NCBI GenBank assembly: GCA_951406725.2
Contig: OX597823.1
Coordinates: 26,412,001 to 26,476,000 of the forward strand
DNA length: 64,000 nt
Direction: 5' to 3'
Source: Octopus vulgaris
Taxonomy: Eukaryota
Shown here: positions 49,543 to 60,909 of the stretch, piece after piece
Layout of the letters: the number at the start of each line of letters is the position of its first letter
Position numbering within the stretch: position 1 is the stretch's first letter
Notes under the pieces: generated by a model
Seen by the model: the letters and a program-made list of their open reading frames with translations, nothing else
Databases searched by the model: none
What the model was told of the DNA's origin: nothing
Program-made: the position numbers and the translations under genes

Positions 49543-51846
49543 GTGGAGAGGTGGATCGAGGAAGGGATCCTTGTCCCTTGGAAGAAGGAGGTAGCGGGCG
49601 GAGTGCTACCCCTGATGGCGGTGGTGCAGCCTATGAAGGGAAAAGTCAGACCGGTGCTGGACTTCAGGGAACTAAACCAGCACGTATCGTGTCACACGGG
49701 AGGTGAGGCGACAGACGTTTGTGGCGAGACGTTACGTAAGTGGAGACAGTCGACCGAGGCAGCGACGATTGTCGACTTGAAATCAGCATACTTGCAGCTC
49801 CATGTGAGCGACAAACTGTGGCGATATCAGCTGGTGCGGTACAAGGGCCGGACGTACTGTTTAACCAGGCTGGGTTTCGGGCTGAATTCCGCTCCGAAGA
49901 TCATGGCGGCAGTGCTTAGGTCCGTCCTAGGGAAAGACGGCAAGATTAGAAAGGCCACCAGCTCCTACATTGACGACATTTTGGTGGACGAAACTGTAGT
50001 GCCAGCAGACGAGGTAGTTAGACATCTGGAGAAGTTCGGACTGATTACTAAGCCACCGGAGTCGATTGAAGGGGGAGCCGCGCTGGGACTGAAGCTGCGA
50101 AGAGATGGATCGGGTGAATTGGTGTTCTGGAGAGGAAATGAAATCCCAGAGCTGAGTTCCAGCGTCAGCAGGAGAGAGCTGTTCTCGGTGTGTGGGAAGT
50201 TGGTCGGTCACTACCCGATCGCTGGATGGCTGCGCACGGCGTGTAGTTACACCAAGAGACGAGCAGAAGGGGAGAGTTGGGGCGACAAGGTGGGAGAAGG
50301 GACGGTGGCGATGATGCAGGAAATCCTAGAGAGGACGAGAGAGGAAGACCCGGTCAGGGGGAACTTGTACGTGCCCAAGACGGAATGCGGGACCGTCTGG
50401 TGTGATGCTAGCAGTATAGCGATAGGGGTGGTGTTGGCAATCGAAGGCGCTGCGGTGGAGGACGCGGCCTGGCTTCGGAAAGCAGATGATTTCAACCACA
50501 TCAATGTCGCTGAATTAGACGCGGTGCTGAAAGGGGTGAACTTGGCCTTGAAATGGGGGCTGCGCCCAATTGAAATCCGGACGGATTCGGCCACTGTGCT
50601 TAGCTGGGTAGGATCGGTGATCACCGGTGAAAGGAGAGTGCGGACGAAAGGTGCTGCGGAGATGTTAGTGAAGCGCCGTCTAGGAGTTCTAGGTGAATTG
50701 ATCGCCGAGTTCGGATTGAAGCTGAACGTGATTTTCGTGCCTTCGGAGAAAAACAGGGCGGACGTCCTGACCAGGGTGAAAAGAGCGTGGTTGGAAGAAC
50801 CGGAGGAGGCCCGGAAAGGGATAGCTGCGGCGTGTCGGTTGGATGACTCTGAACTGAAGAAACTGCATGCTATGCATCACTTGGGTGTGGACAGGACCCT
50901 GTATCTGGCGAAGAAAATTGATGCTGACGTCACTAGGAGAAGCATCCGGAAGGTGGTCGGGAGCTGCGACAGGTGTCAGTCCATCAACCCTGCTCCGTGT
51001 GGGCATGAACAGGGAAGCCTTTCCGTGGAGCAGAATTGGAAAAGGCTAGCTGTGGATGTGACACACTACCGTCAGCGAATGTACCTCTCCATGGTCGACT
51101 GCGGGCCGGGCCGGTTGGCCATTTGGAGGGAGTTGAGATCGGGCATTGCTGACGAGATCGCGCAGATCCTGAACGGGATATTTTTAGAGAGAGGTCCCGT
51201 GGAAGAACTACTGATGGACAACGGGGCGGTGTTTCGTTCGGAAGCATTGAGGGTTATGCTTGATCGGTGGTATGTGCGTCGCTGGTTCAGAGCAGCGTAT
51301 AGGCCGAGCGGTAACGGGATCGTGGAGTGGCACCATCGGACAGTCAAGGCCATAGCGGAAAGAGGGCACATTTCGCCGCTTGAAGCAGTTTTTTGGTACA
51401 ACTTGTCTCTCCGATCCGGACAAGCTGAGGAATCTGTGTCGCAGAGAGCTGTGTTCAAATATGAATGGAGGCACCCGAGCAAAGCGTCGGAGGGTCACGA
51501 GGAAGAGAAGGGACCCGTTCGCGTGAAAATAGGGGAGGAAGTCTGGGTCAAGCCACCAAAGGCGCGCTGTACGTCTCAATGGCGCAGAGGAACGGTGACG
51601 GCGGTCAATTCCAGAAACAACGTATCCGTAGATGGAATGCCACGACACGTCTTGGACCTTCGCAGGATTGTCGCTTCGACGGACGACGATTCTGGAGAGG
51701 GGGAGAACGAAGTGCCTAGCTTGAGAAGATCTCGACGCGCAAGGCGCTCTCCCGGTTGGATGGTCGACTACGACATGGAGCGAAAGATTGTGATCTTTAA
51801 GATCAGGGTGGCGTTTGGGATGACGTCAGCAGCTGGACGTCAGTAG
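49543..51846 (+). CDS. Pol polyprotein (RT-RNase H-integrase) of the Gypsy element
   Basis: RT: RPVLDFRELN, DLKSAYLQ, FGLNSAP, YIDD. RNase H: CDAS, AELDAV, TDS, NRADVLTR. Integrase: HxxHH..CDRC zinc finger and D(VTH)..D(NG)..E triad. The ORF runs into the 3' LTR. Confidence 0.93.
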   Translation: MERWIEEGILVPWKKEVAGGVLPLMAVVQPMKGKVRPVLDFRELNQHVSCHTGGEATDVCGETLRKWRQSTEAATIVDLKSAYLQLHVSDKLWRYQLVRYKGRTYCLTRLGFGLNSAPKIMAAVLRSVLGKDGKIRKATSSYIDDILVDETVVPADEVVRHLEKFGLITKPPESIEGGAALGLKLRRDGSGELVFWRGNEIPELSSSVSRRELFSVCGKLVGHYPIAGWLRTACSYTKRRAEGESWGDKVGEGTVAMMQEILERTREEDPVRGNLYVPKTECGTVWCDASSIAIGVVLAIEGAAVEDAAWLRKADDFNHINVAELDAVLKGVNLALKWGLRPIEIRTDSATVLSWVGSVITGERRVRTKGAAEMLVKRRLGVLGELIAEFGLKLNVIFVPSEKNRADVLTRVKRAWLEEPEEARKGIAAACRLDDSELKKLHAMHHLGVDRTLYLAKKIDADVTRRSIRKVVGSCDRCQSINPAPCGHEQGSLSVEQNWKRLAVDVTHYRQRMYLSMVDCGPGRLAIWRELRSGIADEIAQILNGIFLERGPVEELLMDNGAVFRSEALRVMLDRWYVRRWFRAAYRPSGNGIVEWHHRTVKAIAERGHISPLEAVFWYNLSLRSGQAEESVSQRAVFKYEWRHPSKASEGHEEEKGPVRVKIGEEVWVKPPKARCTSQWRRGTVTAVNSRNNVSVDGMPRHVLDLRRIVASTDDDSGEGENEVPSLRRSRRARRSPGWMVDYDMERKIVIFKIRVAFGMTSAAGRQ

Positions 51847-52118
51847 CTGGACGTCAGCAGCTGGGTGCGTTGACCGGAAACTGGGGCAACCGGAAGGGGC
51901 AGCCGTCAGGCGTGCGCAGGCAGCGGTGAATTCGGCCTTTCCAACGTGGGTCGTCGAGGTGTCAAGACGTGTGAAGGCGTCGCTAAGGTTTGGGTGAGCA
52001 GCTGCTATCTTTAGTGTTCGGGTCGGGGCTGTGTCGAAGGATTAGTTACCACTGAAGGGTCTCCATCACGAGGAAGAGAAGGTAGGTGCCTTTATATTCG
52101 AATCGCGCACACACCACA
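51814..52118 (+). repeat. 3' LTR
   Basis: TTTGGG...CCACA (TG to TT change); preceded by a weak purine tract AAGATCAGGGTGGCG. Confidence 0.96.
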
Positions 52119-52794
52119 CTAACAACATCCACCCTTATGCAGATGACACTGTCTTTCAATCCTCCCTAACATGACCAGTCACACCCACCCACTCGCAACT
52201 TAGACAAACGACAAACCCACTCTACGAACAAAGACATTGAAAGCATCCGCCAGTGGGAATTTGCTAATCTTGTCTCTTTTAACAACAAGAAAACACAAGC
52301 ATTGTAGGTGTGGAAGAAATATCATCGCACCACAGCCACCTTAATATAAACAACACTAAACTAGAGCTCTCAGAAGCGCTCATCCCCACTAAAGATCTCT
52401 TCTGGTTAAAGTATATCCTTAACATAACTGGGACAGTACACCTACGAGTGGCTCTTCTCTTTATGACTAGAAGGTACTTTAGTCTCCTTCAGTTATTGAG
52501 ACTTAACAAGAGGTCAAGTGAAGTTTAAATGCTCTAACTTCTTGGGCGGTACTGCTGTTCTACGCACATATATCTAAAATGCAACTAGAAAAGCGTCATT
52601 GACATAAAGTCGCTCACATTCAAGGCACAGCCTCTGATCCTCAGTTTCGCTGATGCCTTTTTCTGCCATTGTTTATCGCTACGTCGGAGTTGGCTGGATT
52701 CATGCCATCTTCACTCAAGCATTCCTATCCTACTCGTTTCTCCTCTCAACAGTATTTGTTGTGTCCGCATATGTACAATATATATAATTATTCT

Positions 52795-53373
52795 AAGGTG
52801 GCGAGCTGATAGAAACGTTAGTACGCCGTGCGAAATGCTTAGCGGTATTTCGTCGGCCGTTACGTTCTGAGTTCAAATTCCGCCGAGGTCGACTTTACCT
52901 TTCATCCTTTCGGGCTCGATTAAATAAGTACCAGTTACGCACTGGGGTCGATATAATCGACTTTATCCGTTTGTCTGCCCTTATTTGTCCTCTCTGTGTT
53001 TAGCCCCTTGTGGGTAGTAAAGAAATAAGTATTTCGTCTGCTGTTATGTTCTGAGTTCAAATTCCGCCGAGGTCGACTTTGCCTTTCATCCTTTCGGGCT
53101 CGATTAAATAAGTACCAGTTACGCACTGGAGTCGATATAATCGACTTAATCCGTTTGTCTGTCCTTGTTTGTCCTTTCTGTGTTTAGCCCCTTGTAGGTA
53201 GTAAAGAAATAGGTATTTCGTGTCTATGTTCTGAGTTCAAATTCTGCTGAGGTCGACTTTGCCTCTCATCCTTTCGAGGTCGATAAATTAAGTACCAGTT
53301 GTGTACTGGAATCGATCTAATCAACTGGTTACCTCCCCCAAAATTTCGGGCCTTGTGCCGAGAGTAGAAAAGA
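52795..53373 (+). mobile_element. Tandem trimer of SINE family A (young)
   Basis: One full head plus two head-truncated units. Similar arrays at 55035-55410 (-), 59417-59820 (+) and 20604-20900 (-); single copies at 6063-6282, 25614-25843 and 39385-39593. Confidence 0.9.
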
Positions 53374-53380
53374 ATATATA

Positions 53381-53499
53381 CACAGTGTTATATTTAAGAT
53401 ATGAGGAATCATGTACATTATTTACATTATTTACATTTGACGGATATTTATCTTCATCAAATGTAAATAATGCAAATAATGTAAATAATGTACATAATA
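53381..53499. mobile_element. Fold-back element family 1, short copy
   Basis: Same left terminus (ACAG..TATATTTAAGA.ATGAGGAAT); folds back at GGATATTT. Confidence 0.7.
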
Positions 53500-53929
53500 T
53501 ATATATATTCTTTTATTTTTTATATGTTTCAGTCATTTGACTGCGGCCATGCGGGAGCATCACCTTAGGGGGTTTTAGTCGAACAACTCGACCGCTTAGT
53601 CACAGGGACTTAAACACATCAACATCGGTTGTAAAGCGATGGCGGGGGAACAAACAGACACAAGCACACAAATATATACATATATATATATATACGACGG
53701 GCTTCCTTCAGTTTTCGTCTGCCAAATCCATTCACAATGCTTTGGTCGGCCCAAGGCTATGTAGTAGAAGACACTTACCCAAGGTGCCACGTAGTGGAAC
53801 TGAACCCGAAACCATGTGATTGGGAAGCAGGCTTCTTCCACACAGCCACGCCTGTGTGTGATGTTTGTGTGTGTGTGTGTGTGTGTGCGTGTGACTGGTA
53901 CTCGATTTTAGCTGTCTGCCTACGAGTTC

Positions 53930-54260
53930 AGTCTGTCTTTTGGATTGGAAGCTCCTCGTTAGATCGCAACATCGTGGTGGGCGCTGATGGAGCGCCCTTT
54001 GATCCACGTTATTAACTCTGGTGTGTCCCAAAGTTCCGTTTTGTCCCCTATACTCTGCCTCTAATACATCAACGATCTAACAACACTTTCTTCTATCACC
54101 TTTCATTCCTTCTTAACCTTCTGCACTCAGTTTTGATTTGCTACCTGGATACCTGGATACCTCATGCCGAATTCTTACTCACTCCACGGTCAGAGATCTC
54201 GAAAACATCATCTAACAGAATCTTATTAATCTCATTTCCTTCAAAAGCACAAAAAACACT
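53930..54260 (+). mobile_element. Second CR1/Jockey-like RT fragment
   Basis: INSGVSQSSVLSPIL...INDL, a degenerate GVPQGSVLSP motif. Confidence 0.55.
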
Positions 54261-55705
54261 ATGACAATAAGTCTTTCTACTATAGACACTAAGCCCGGAA
54301 TTTAGTGGGTGGGGGTAGTCGATTACGTTGACCCCAATGTTCGACTGGTATTTATTTTATTGGCCCTGAAAGGTCAGAAGGGGAAAATGACACCAGCAGA
54401 ATTTGAACTCAGAAAGCTAAACCGGTGATAATGCTATTAAGGATTTTATTTGACGTGCTAACAGTTCTGCCGGTTTGCCAGCTTAATACAACCAGAAAAT
54501 AATAAATATAAGCAATACAACAAAAGCCTCAAGCGCTACAAATAATAGACTTTACCATCACTGAAGAGTCTGTTCAGGTGAACACACATTCCCAGCATAA
54601 CAAAGACTGTATTATAAAGGTCAGGCCTTCCTTTACAGGGTCAGAAAGTACTTGAGGCGTCAAGTACTAATCTTCAACAGAGTTCCAGTGAAAACTACAA
54701 TTGGAATACTGCTTATTGTTTCCACAACTGAGAGTGTGTTGTTCAATACATAGATATTTAAGTGTATCTGTCATACTGAGAAAGGGTATCTGACTAAATG
54801 ACGTAAAGTAACTTCCCAAAACACTGCAACCTCTCGTGTGACCACACATAAGCTTGCTATCTTTTCATTCTCACTTTTCTGCCGTCATCCTCTCAATGGA
54901 TCCGTCATGATTTTTGCCACCCCATTTCGAGTGCTCCTCATTCATTCGACTCTCCTATATTGGCTATCTTTCGAATTTTGTACGTAAAAGATGACGTACA
55001 AGTGAAACAAACTTAAATAGCTTTGTTTCTTTTCTTCTCTAGGCACAAGGCCCGAAATTTTTGGGGAGGGGGCCAGTCGATTAGATCGACTCCAGAGCGC
55101 AACTGGTACTTAATTTATCGACCTCGAAAGGATGAAAGGCAAAGTCAACCTCGGCGGAATTTGAACTCAGAACGTAAAGACAGACGAAATGCCTATTTCT
55201 TACCCACATGGGGCTAAACATAGAGGGGACAAACAAGGACAGACACACGGATTAAGTCGATTACATCGACCCCAGTGCATAACTGGTACATATTTAATCG
55301 ACCTCGAAAAGATGAAAGGCAAAGTCGACCTCGGCGGAATTTGAACTCACAACATAACGGCCGACGAAATACGGCTACGCATTTCGCCCGGCGCGCTAAT
55401 GTTTCTGCCTTAACTACACTTAAATAATCCTTAATAACCGGTAACAAGCGGCAATAAATGTAGAAGAAAATTTCTACCAGGTACCAGTTAATAACAAATC
55501 GTTTACCAGAAGGCATCAGGCATTGCTATCATCTATAATTATTAGATTTTAGTTTACTAATTTGAAATAGATCAAAATAAATCAAACGCATCTTCCAACA
55601 AAATCAGATTTTGTAATAATTACAAATTATTGCTAATTGTTGTTTACTTTTTACTTGGAGTGGGAGCAGTTTGTTTCTCTTGGTTGGCCAACTCATATGT
55701 ATAAA

Positions 55706-56426
55706 CAGGGCCGGCTCAAGATACCGGCAACTCGGACAGTCGCCCGGGGCGTAATGTACTAGGAGGCGTCAAGGAGGGCGTGACAAAGACAAGGATATTT
55801 CCACGATCGTCAGCTTGTACACACCAAAGTTCAGCTTGCCCGGAGCGCCAGCAATCCTAGGGCCGGCCCGCGAAATTTTTTTCCCAACGAGAGTTCCGGA
55901 CCCCAGCAATGAACTCATTTGCATATAGCCAATCAGAGCTCACCTTGACCTTGTTGTCAAGTTAACAAACACACCCTACCAAGTAAACTTCCAGACGAAG
56001 AACGGTGTTGTAAGTCGACCGATCGCTGAGTTATGCCTAAAGCAATTAGATAGATTTGCATTTATACCTATTATCGGATTTTGTTAGGGCCCCATATGGT
56101 AAAGTTGTGGATGCGAAAAATGTGGGCAAAGGGTGATGTGCTAGCAGCCCTCACCCCTTACTGTTTTAGAAAGTAAGCAACAATACAAATAACTACGCAA
56201 GAGGCAGCCATGGTTGAAACAAGAACAAGAGCAAGAACAACAAGCATTATTAAAAGAGAAAAGAAGCATGATCATTCCTTACCCAAGTGGCCTTATCTTA
56301 TCACCCATCACTTGTTATGCGCTCATAAATCAGTTTGATATTTGAACTCTGGTTGGCTGTATGCAATCGAGTTCATAACTGGGGTCCGGAACTCAGGTGG
56401 GGAAAAAAATTTCGCGTCCGGCCCTG
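55706..56426. mobile_element. Composite hAT-type element (165-bp MITE fused to a long-TIR element)
   Basis: CAGGGCCGG...CCGGCCCTG; 8-bp TSD TGTATAAA / TGTACAAA; internal ~85-bp inverted repeats at 55859-55943 and 56342-56426. Confidence 0.8.
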
Positions 56427-56669
56427 TGTACAAAGTTGGAAAGACCGACCCTATAGTGCATAAATTCCTGGCCCCACACTCGCTAAATACATTGGTCAGT
56501 TTTTTTGTCCTCAAAGTGTCATTTTACTGGCATTCCTTCCACGCCAATGTCTTCTTGTTTGTTTTTGATATTAGGTTTCGACTAGTAATTGTTTAGAAGA
56601 ATATTAACGAACGTTGCACTCAGCTGTGTTGGAGGACAAATTCTTTTATCCAGACAAGAAAAAAAATGC

Positions 56670-56672
56670 ACG

Positions 56673-56739
<67 letters not shown>

Positions 56740-56746
56740 ACACACG

Positions 56747-56779
<33 letters not shown>

Positions 56780-56921
56780 ACACGCACACACACACAAAGA
56801 AAAATGGACGAAAATTAAGTGAAACAAATCAACATAGAATCGAACCAGTTTCACAGGTTCGCACTTAGATCACAATACATAGCTACTTGAAAACAAACAC
56901 ACACAAGCACGCACGCACGCA

Positions 56922-56964
<43 letters not shown>

Positions 56965-57100
56965 ATACACACACACACACACACTCACACACACACACAC
57001 ACACCTTTCTTTTCTTTTTCCTTCCTCTTTCGTTCTTTATTTTTCCTTTGTCGTTCTTTCCCGCGCTCTGTGTCTGTCTGTCTCTTTGTCTCTCTTTCTT

Positions 57101-57138
<38 letters not shown>

Positions 57139-57333
57139 ATACATACACATGCGTTATTTCTTTTCCTGTCTCTCTGTCTCTCTGTTAGTCCATCACTATC
57201 TGTCTGTGGGTCCATCACTATCTGTCTGTCTGTCTGTCACTCAGGAGCCCGTATAGACGCGTATATTTTCTGTTTTTGTTTTTTCAAGTATCCTCGTTTG
57301 TTTATTTACTCTCCATCACTTCAAACGCACACT

Positions 57334-57365
<32 letters not shown>

Positions 57366-57592
57366 CGCACACACACAAACACACACACGCGCACGCACAA
57401 CTCATATCTCCACACTTGCACTTGGTTGTTCGTCTCAAGTAGGATGTTAAAACATTACAAAACAATACACTTTAATAATAAAAAAAAGTAGTCTTAAAAA
57501 CAGCAAAAAAAAAAAAAGAACATACACAATAAAACAAGCCTCTCTCTGTTCATATAAGTATTTAATCTAGTGCCATCATCATTCGTCCTCCT

Positions 57593-57685
<93 letters not shown>

Positions 57686-57737
57686 ACTATCCGATGATAC
57701 TCAATCCATACTTTAATACCATTACATAGGAGTAAAG

Positions 57738-57775
<38 letters not shown>

Positions 57776-57780
57776 CCAGC
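56670..57780. repeat. Compound (CA)n/(CACG)n/(CT)n/(TA)n microsatellite field
   Basis: Visible in sequence; source of many spurious ORFs. Confidence 0.95.
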
Positions 57781-58180
57781 CAGCACAAATTTAAGGTGAC
57801 TGTTTTCTTAGGTTTTTTTTTTTTTTTTTGCTTGGTTGATTGCACAAGTATCCATTCTTTTGATCTCAAAAACAATGTCCAGCCTTTTATGTGGTAGAAA
57901 TGACAGTCAAATATCTCTGCTGGAGATATCATGTGCTAGAAATGGCAGTCTCTGAAATCACACTCTACTTTCCGTCTTAAAAATATGAAGGATACATTAA
58001 AATTAGTGATTTAGAAAATGACAAATACCAGTTCTCGGCTTCTCACAAGCTATCTGAGATGTTTTTTTTTAAACCAGTTTTCGTAATTTACAAAAGATAA
58101 AAGACAAAATAGAGAGTTTTGTTGTGTCCCTACAATTTTTCTTTCTTCGCCTTGTTGTTGGGTAAACCCTGTCCGTCAGA

Positions 58181-58286
58181 ACATTTCTATATTTAAGAGA
58201 TGAGGAATTATGTACATCATTTACATTATTTACATTTGATAAATATCCGTCAAATGTAAATAATGCAAATAATGTAAATAATGTAC
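58181..58286. mobile_element. Fold-back element family 1, short copy
   Basis: Same terminus; flanking direct repeat GTCCGTCA at 58171-58178 and 58289-58296. Confidence 0.7.
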
Positions 58287-58789
58287 TCGTCCGTCACTAT
58301 TTAAGCTAGGTATATCAGGACCAAATATCCTATCTGCTTTAGGATCAAATAGGCCAGATCCAACCTCTCACACATACCCTACTATGATTAAAAAAAAAAA
58401 AATCAGTCACACCATTGAAATCTCGAAGCTACACGATAATAAATGGTAGATTCAAATCAAATAACTTTAATAATTAAGGAAAATGTTAAAAAAAAAAGTT
58501 TTCTTTTCTTTGTTTTTTGCGTTTGAAATTTTGCACAGCTTTTTTTGTGTTGCATGAATCACATCCGTTATAATTCACCACAGCAAAACGATGAGCTGAA
58601 AGAAACGTTAACACATCGGGCAAAATGCTTTGTGGTATTTCTTCCAGCTCTTTACATTCTGATTTGAAATCCCGCCAAGGTTAATGTTGCATTTTATCCT
58701 TCCGGGGCCGACAAAATAAGCACCAGTCAAGAACTGGGGTTGAGGTAATCAAAGAAAATTGGTGGCTTTGTACCAAAATTTGAAACTAT

Positions 58790-59356
58790 TATTATTATTA
58801 TTGAGTAAGAGAGCAGAGCATGCCATCAAAGTGACACTGGGGTAAAATATACGAAGCCCAGTATACCCATCATGACTACCTATCTGATAAGGGTACACTA
58901 GGCACATGCATCACAACCATATGTGCGTGACATGGTGATCTCATATCAAGATAAACAGCGCATGACCTTGCAGATGGGGCCCAGTTAGAATTTACATCAG
59001 GTCGAGTAGCCCATCCCGCTCAAAAGGGCTCTGAATAAGGATTGTTTAAGGATGTTGAACGAAACACCGATGTTTCCAGAGATGAATTATTCAAATCCCA
59101 AAGAATCCCTCTCAACACATGGATATGATGTTCCCCCAATACTTCTGCTCATGATCAGAGATGCACATATCGTCAGCTACTAAGGGACATGCTTAACTGG
59201 TTAAGGTCAAACAACTGACAAGCAAATCTGTGGTATTGAGCAGAATATTTTCTGTAGCCCATCTTTTATACCAAGACAAAACAATGTACATGATAACACT
59301 TCCAATCAGTTAAGATCAGAAGCCACGAGGGCCACTGCCTGGTACTGCATCAGGTC
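58790..59356 (-). repeat. ~550-bp interspersed repeat with (AAT)n tail, copy 2
   Basis: Aligns end to end with 35003-35545. Confidence 0.8.
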
Positions 59357-59363
59357 AGTATTA

Positions 59364-59404
<41 letters not shown>

Positions 59405-59852
59405 AAATTTTTTTTATTAAGGCGGCGAGCTGGCAGAAACGTTAGCACGCCGATGGAAATGCGTAGCCGTATTTCGTCTGCCGTTACGTTCTGAGTTCAA
59501 ATTCCGCCGAGGTCGACTTTGCCTTTCATCCTTTCGGGGTTGATTAAATAAGTACCAGTTACACACTGGGGTCGATATAATCGACTTAATCCGTTTGTCT
59601 GTCCTTATTTGTCCTCTCTGTGTTTAGCCCCTTGTGGGTAGTAAAGAAATAGGTATTTCGCCCGTCGCTACGTTCTGAATTCAAATTCCGCCGAGGTCGA
59701 CTTAGTCGTTCATGCTTTCGGGATCGATAAATTAAGTACCAGTGAAGTACTGGGGTCGATGCAATCGACTAGTCCCCTCCCCACAAATTTGAGGCCTTGT
59801 GCCTCTAGTAGAAAGGATTATCATTTACCACATTATCTGGGTAAGCCATGGA

Positions 59853-60017
59853 CAGGGCCAGCTCAAAATACCAGCAACACGGGCAGTCGCCCGGGGTGCC
59901 ATGTGGTAGGGGCGCCAAGCGGGGCGTGACAAAGACAAGGAAATTTCCACGACTGTCAGCTTGTACACACCGAAGTTCAGCTTGCCCGGGGCGCCAGCAA
60001 CCCTAGGGCCGGTCCTG
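59853..60017. mobile_element. hAT-type MITE (165 bp)
   Basis: TIR CAGGGCCAG / CCGGTCCTG; 8-bp TSD GCCATGGA / ACCATGGA; homologous to 55706-55869. Confidence 0.85.
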
Positions 60018-60159
60018 ACCATGGATTATACAAAATATGATAGAGATACACACGCACACACACACACACACAAATAAGAATATTTGTAACAATAAGTTTC
60101 GCTCCGACACCGATGACTGTAATAACGTTTAGTAGTGCAAAATAGATCCAAATGCTAAG

Positions 60160-60320
60160 CACAGGAGTGGCTGTATGGTAAGTAGCTTGCTTACTAACAA
60201 CATGGTTCCGGGTTCATTCCCACTACGTGGCACCTTGGACAAGTGTCTTCTACTATAGCCTCAGGCCAACCAAAGCCTTGTGAATGGATTTGGTAGACGG
60301 AAACTGAAAGAAGCCCGTCG

Positions 60321-60352
<32 letters not shown>

Positions 60353-60535
60353 TGTGTATATGTTTGTGTGTCTGTGTTTGCCCCCCCAACATCGCTTGAT
60401 AACCGATGGTGGTGTGTTTACGACCCCGTAACTTAGCGGTTCGATAAAAGAGACCGATAGAATAAGTACTAGGCTTCCAAAGAATAAGTCCAGCATGGCT
60501 GCATCAAATGACTGAAACAAGTAAAAGGGTAAAAA
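60160..60535 (+). mobile_element. tRNA-headed SINE family B (CORE-like domain, internal microsatellite)
   Basis: GGAGTGGCTGT.TGGTAAG..GGTTCA.TCCC..CACCTTGG.CAAGTGTCTT. Other copies at 12327-12727 (-), 53510-53853 (-), 43860-44008 (+), 40345-40505 (-). Confidence 0.88.
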
Positions 60536-60543
60536 AGAGTATA

Positions 60544-60661
60544 CAGTAGAACCTCGGTTTACGAACGCCTCTGGTCACGAAGAAACCGTGCTTTATATCT
60601 ATGTATGTATAAAGCACGGTTTATTTGCGATCAGAGTTGTTCGAAAACCGAGGTACTACTG
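60544..60661. mobile_element. Tc1/pogo-type MITE (118-bp hairpin)
   Basis: TA-CAGTAGAACCTCGGTTT...AAACCGAGGTACTACTG-TA; almost fully palindromic. Confidence 0.85.
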
Positions 60662-60876
60662 TACTTGTTTCCTTCATCAGACTGTGGCCTTGCTGGGACA
60701 CAGCGCTGAAGAGCTTAGTAGAACAAATCAACCTCAGTACGGATTTTTCTTATTTCAGGTACTTATTTTATCGATCTGTTTTACCGAATCGCTAAGCTAC
60801 AGAGACGAAAAGAAACCAGCACCGTTTGTCAAGCGGTGGGGTGGGGGAGTAACACAAACACACAAAAAACACACAC

Positions 60877-60908
<32 letters not shown>

Positions 60909-60909
60909 C

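Larger units (their letters stand above)
48526..52118 (+). mobile_element. Gypsy/Ty3-type LTR retrotransposon, two LTRs, internally deleted and non-autonomous
   Basis: 305-bp LTRs at 48526-48830 (TG..CA) and 51814-52118 (TT..CA) with about 6 mismatches; 5-bp TSD CTAAC at 48521-48525 and 52119-52123; domain order gag-RT-RNaseH-integrase. Confidence 0.97.
47300..52760 (+). mobile_element. Degenerate CR1/Jockey-like LINE, split by the Gypsy insertion
   Basis: Broken RT motifs: KG..SDPVNY.HI..TS (~48030-48090), LDIN*AF..I.H (~48285-48322), and NIHPYADDT immediately after the 3' TSD (~52124-52150). Confidence 0.7.

Noticed and set aside
49927-51648. Several antisense ORFs over pol
   Set aside because: Expected shadows of a GC-rich coding strand.
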